A stretch of DNA of 64,000 nt from Dendrobates tinctorius. Its lineage: Eukaryota. The translations under genes and the position numbers were made by a program. Under the pieces are notes generated by a model. It worked only from the letters and a program-made list of their open reading frames with translations. It was not told the DNA's origin and made no database searches. Location: NCBI RefSeq assembly GCF_039654945.1, contig NW_027361684.1:84754001-84818000 (forward strand), read 5' to 3'. Shown here piece by piece: positions 60,946 to 64,000 of the stretch. Every line of letters starts with the position of its first letter. Within the stretch, counting starts at the first letter, position 1.

Positions 60946-61160
60946 TGCCGGGGTAACACTTGCGAGTGTGATGCGAGAAACTCGCTCGAGTCTCTCACAT
61001 CAATACCCGGCGATTCCGCCTGCATTCGGGACCGGAGTGTGTGGCTGCATGTATTTCTATGCAGCTGAACGCTCCAGTCCGAACCTCCGGCAGTGCCGGG
61101 TATTGAGGCGAGAGACTTGCGCTAGTTTCTCGCATTGCACATGCAAGTGTGACCCTGGCC
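60946..61160. mobile_element. Palindromic MITE, same family as 18814-18977
   Basis: gccggggtaacacttgc...gcaagtgtgaccctggc; central gtggctgcatgtatttctatgcagctga. Confidence 0.78.
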
Positions 61161-61251
61161 TTTGGGGGAGAGTCGTATTGCTTTATATTTGAGATTGGCA
61201 AGACAAGGGCTATGTGGGCACCATACTTTATTTATATTTATATATATAATA

Positions 61252-62864
61252 TAGTACAGTCCAAAAGTTTGGACACACCTCATTCAAAGAGTTTTTTCTT
61301 TATTTTCATGACTATGAAAATTGTAGATTCACTCTGAAGGCATCAAGACTATGAATTAACGCATGTGGAATTATATAATTAACAAAAAAGTGTGAAATAA
61401 CTGAAAATATGTCTTATATTCTAGGCTCTAGCCACCTTTTGCTTTGATTACTGCTTTGCACACTCTTACATTCTCTTGATGAGCTTCAAGAGGTAGCCAC
61501 CGGAAATGGTCTTCCAACAGTCTTGAAGGAGTTCCCAGAGATGCTTAGCACTTGTTGGCCCTTTTGCCTTCACTCTGCGGTCCAGCTCACCCCAAACCAT
61601 CTCGATTGGGTTCAGGTCTGGTGGCTGGAGGCCAGGTCATCTGGCGTAGCACCCCATCACTCTCTCTTGGTCAAATAGCCCTTACACAGCCTGGAGGTGT
61701 GTTTGAGGTCATTGTCCTGTTGAAAAATAAATGATGGTCCAACTAAACGCAAATCGGATGGAATAGCATGCCGCTGCAAGATGCTGTGGTAGCCATGCTG
61801 GTTCAGTATGCCTTCAATTTTGAATAAATCCCCAATAGTGTCACCAGCAAAGCACCCCCAAACCATCACACCTCCTCCTCCATGCTTCACGGTGGGAACC
61901 AGGCATGTAGAGTCCATCCGTTCACCTTTTCTGCGTCGCACAAAGACACGGTCGTTGGAACCAAAGATCTCAAATTTGGACTCATCAGACCAAAGCACAG
62001 ATTTCCACTGGTCTAATGTCCATTCCTTGTGTTCTTTAGCCCAAACAAGTCTTCTGCTTGTGGCCTGTCCTTAGCAATGGTTTCCTAGCAGCTATTTTAC
62101 CATGAAGGCCTGCTGCATAAAGTCTCCTCTTAACAGTTGTTGTAGAGAGGTGTCTGCTGCTAGAACTCTGTGTGGCGTTGACCTGGTCTCTAATCTGAGC
62201 TGCTGTTAACCTGTGATTTCTGAGGCTGGTGACTCGGATGAACTTATCCTCCGCAGCAGAGGTGACTCTTGGTCTTCCTTTCCTGGGGCGGTCCTCATGT
62301 GAGCCAGTTTCTTTGTAGCGCTTGATGGTTTTTGCCACTGTACTTGGGGACACTTTAAAAGTTTTCCCATTTTTTTGGACTGACTGACCTTCATTTCTTA
62401 AAGTAATGATGGCCACTCGTTTTTCTTTACTTAGCTGCTTTTTTCTTGCCATAATACAAATTCTAACAGTCTATTCAGTAGCACTATCAGCTGTGTATCC
62501 ACCAGACTTCTGCACAACACAACTGATGGTCCCAACCTCATTTATAAGGCAAGAAATCCCACTTATTAAACTTGACAGGGCACACCTGTGAAGTGAAAAC
62601 TATTTCCGGTGACTACCTCTTGAAGCTCATCAAGAGAACGCCAAGAGTGTGCAAAGCAGTAATCAAAGCAAAAGGTGGCTACTATGAAGAACCTAGAATA
62701 TAAGACATATTTTCAGTTGTTTCACACTTTTTTGTTAATTATATAACTCCACATGTTAATTCATAGTTTTGATGCCTTCAGAGTGAATCTACAATTTTTA
62801 TAGTCATGAAAATAAAGAAAACTCTTTGAATGAGGAGGTGTGTCCAAACTTTTGGTCTGTACTG
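61252..62864 (-). mobile_element. Full-length Tc1/mariner element with TIRs of about 250 bp and a frameshifted transposase
   Basis: Ends agtacagtccaaaagtttggacac / gtgtccaaacttttggtctgtactg within TA-rich tracts; ORF pieces MARKKQLSKEKR...GRPR (62452-62036) and LWSDESKF...FQQDND (61998-61657). Confidence 0.93.
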
Positions 62865-62944
62865 TGTATATATATATATATTTATATATATAGCCGAGTG
62901 TATGTGTGATTGTGTATGTATCAAGCCACGCCCACTCCACATAG

Positions 62945-63300
62945 CCTGGCGGCTGGAGAGCGGAGTTGCAGAGGGAAAGTGTGGGACGTGGGTGGAGAAT
63001 GGAGCTGTGAGGGAGAGGGGGCGGGACACGGATGGAGAGCGGAGCTGCGGAGGGATAGAGCGGGACGTCTCGTGGAGAGCGGGGTGTGGAGGTAGAGCTG
63101 GACATGGATGGAGAGCAGGGCTGCGGAGGGATAGAGTGGGAAGGCGCATGGAGAGTGGGGCTGTGGAGGGAGAGGGGGACACAGATGAACAGGACTGCGG
63201 AAGAATGGAACGGGAATGCGCATGGAGAGCGGGGCTGCAGAGGGAGAGAGCAGGACGGAGGGTGGAGAGCGGGGCTGTTAAGGGAGAGAGCAGGACCCAC
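62945..63300. repeat. Degenerate GA-rich tandem repeat
   Basis: Recurring tggagagcggRgctgYggagggaKagag units. Confidence 0.65.
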
Positions 63301-64000
63301 AGTTAGTTACTATGCCCGGGCTCTTCAGCTAGTCATTGATAAATTTCATATATCTTTATAGGGCTTGAAGCTTTATTTTACTGAAATGAGCTCAAGATCT
63401 CTGGCTTAGGAGTCGCTCACGCGTGCTAAGCGATGTTTTATCAGATAGCACTCGGACCCATGTTATATTATGGGGCTGTGCATATCTGCGTTTTTTTTTT
63501 CTCATGACAATTCGACATGAGAAAACAATCTGCATGCTGCAAGTGGATTCGCTAATCAGATGACAAACACCCATACAAGTCTGTGGGTGCGTGTAAAATA
63601 TCGGACTGCACTTGGATGTCATCCGAGTGCAGTCTGATTTCCTCAGACTCAGACAATGGTGAAGATGCAGAAATTAATTTCTCATCACCTGTGCTTGGAT
63701 TTTCTGATGCGGGAGTATCAGATCACACTGACACTGATCCAACTCAGTGCAGAGCATCATTAACATAATGCATCCGATTCTCTCACAGAGAAAATATATG
63801 ATCGTGTGACCCTGGATTTACTGCATAGAGACAAAAAGTCCTTTTAATTAGTTATTCTCTATCAAGATTCTGTTTATTCTGCACAGTTAGAATAAGACCG
63901 CGTTGTTTTACGTGAAGCGTCTTTTGCGGTAGCATTTTTTTTTACATTCTATATGTATAAAATAGTGGCGTCTCCTAAGCAGAAGCCCCAGAACAGTGCC

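Overview
Vertebrate genomic DNA, most likely an anuran (frog), judged from the transposon and MITE repertoire and the divergence of the protein. The window holds one complete protein-coding gene, BCOR (BCL6 corepressor), on the + strand. It has 14 coding exons from ATG 23944 to TAA 59966 (5055 nt CDS, 1684 aa) with GT-AG boundaries and consistent phases. A probable CpG-island promoter and non-coding first exon lie at about 11.8-14.1 kb, and the 3'UTR probably ends near 60.9 kb. The first 30.6 kb is unusually GC/CpG-rich and carries 12 distinct minisatellite arrays, which account for nearly all long ORFs in the ORF track. DNA transposons are scattered throughout: a decayed two-gene PIF/Harbinger element, four Tc1/mariner copies or fragments, a non-autonomous hAT element with an 8-bp TSD, and many TWA- and TTAA-flanked palindromic MITEs, several nested or stacked. 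I see no evidence for a new protein-coding system. The best leads are structural or regulatory: an inverted MITE pair bracketing the ankyrin exons (circRNA candidate), two minisatellites that appear to derive from one array split by a transposon, the VNTR-rich GC domain over the BCOR 5' region, a conserved alternative acceptor removing the AF9-binding motif, and an intronic RFX motif cluster. Exon numbering follows human BCOR; human comparisons are from memory and repeat boundaries are read by eye.
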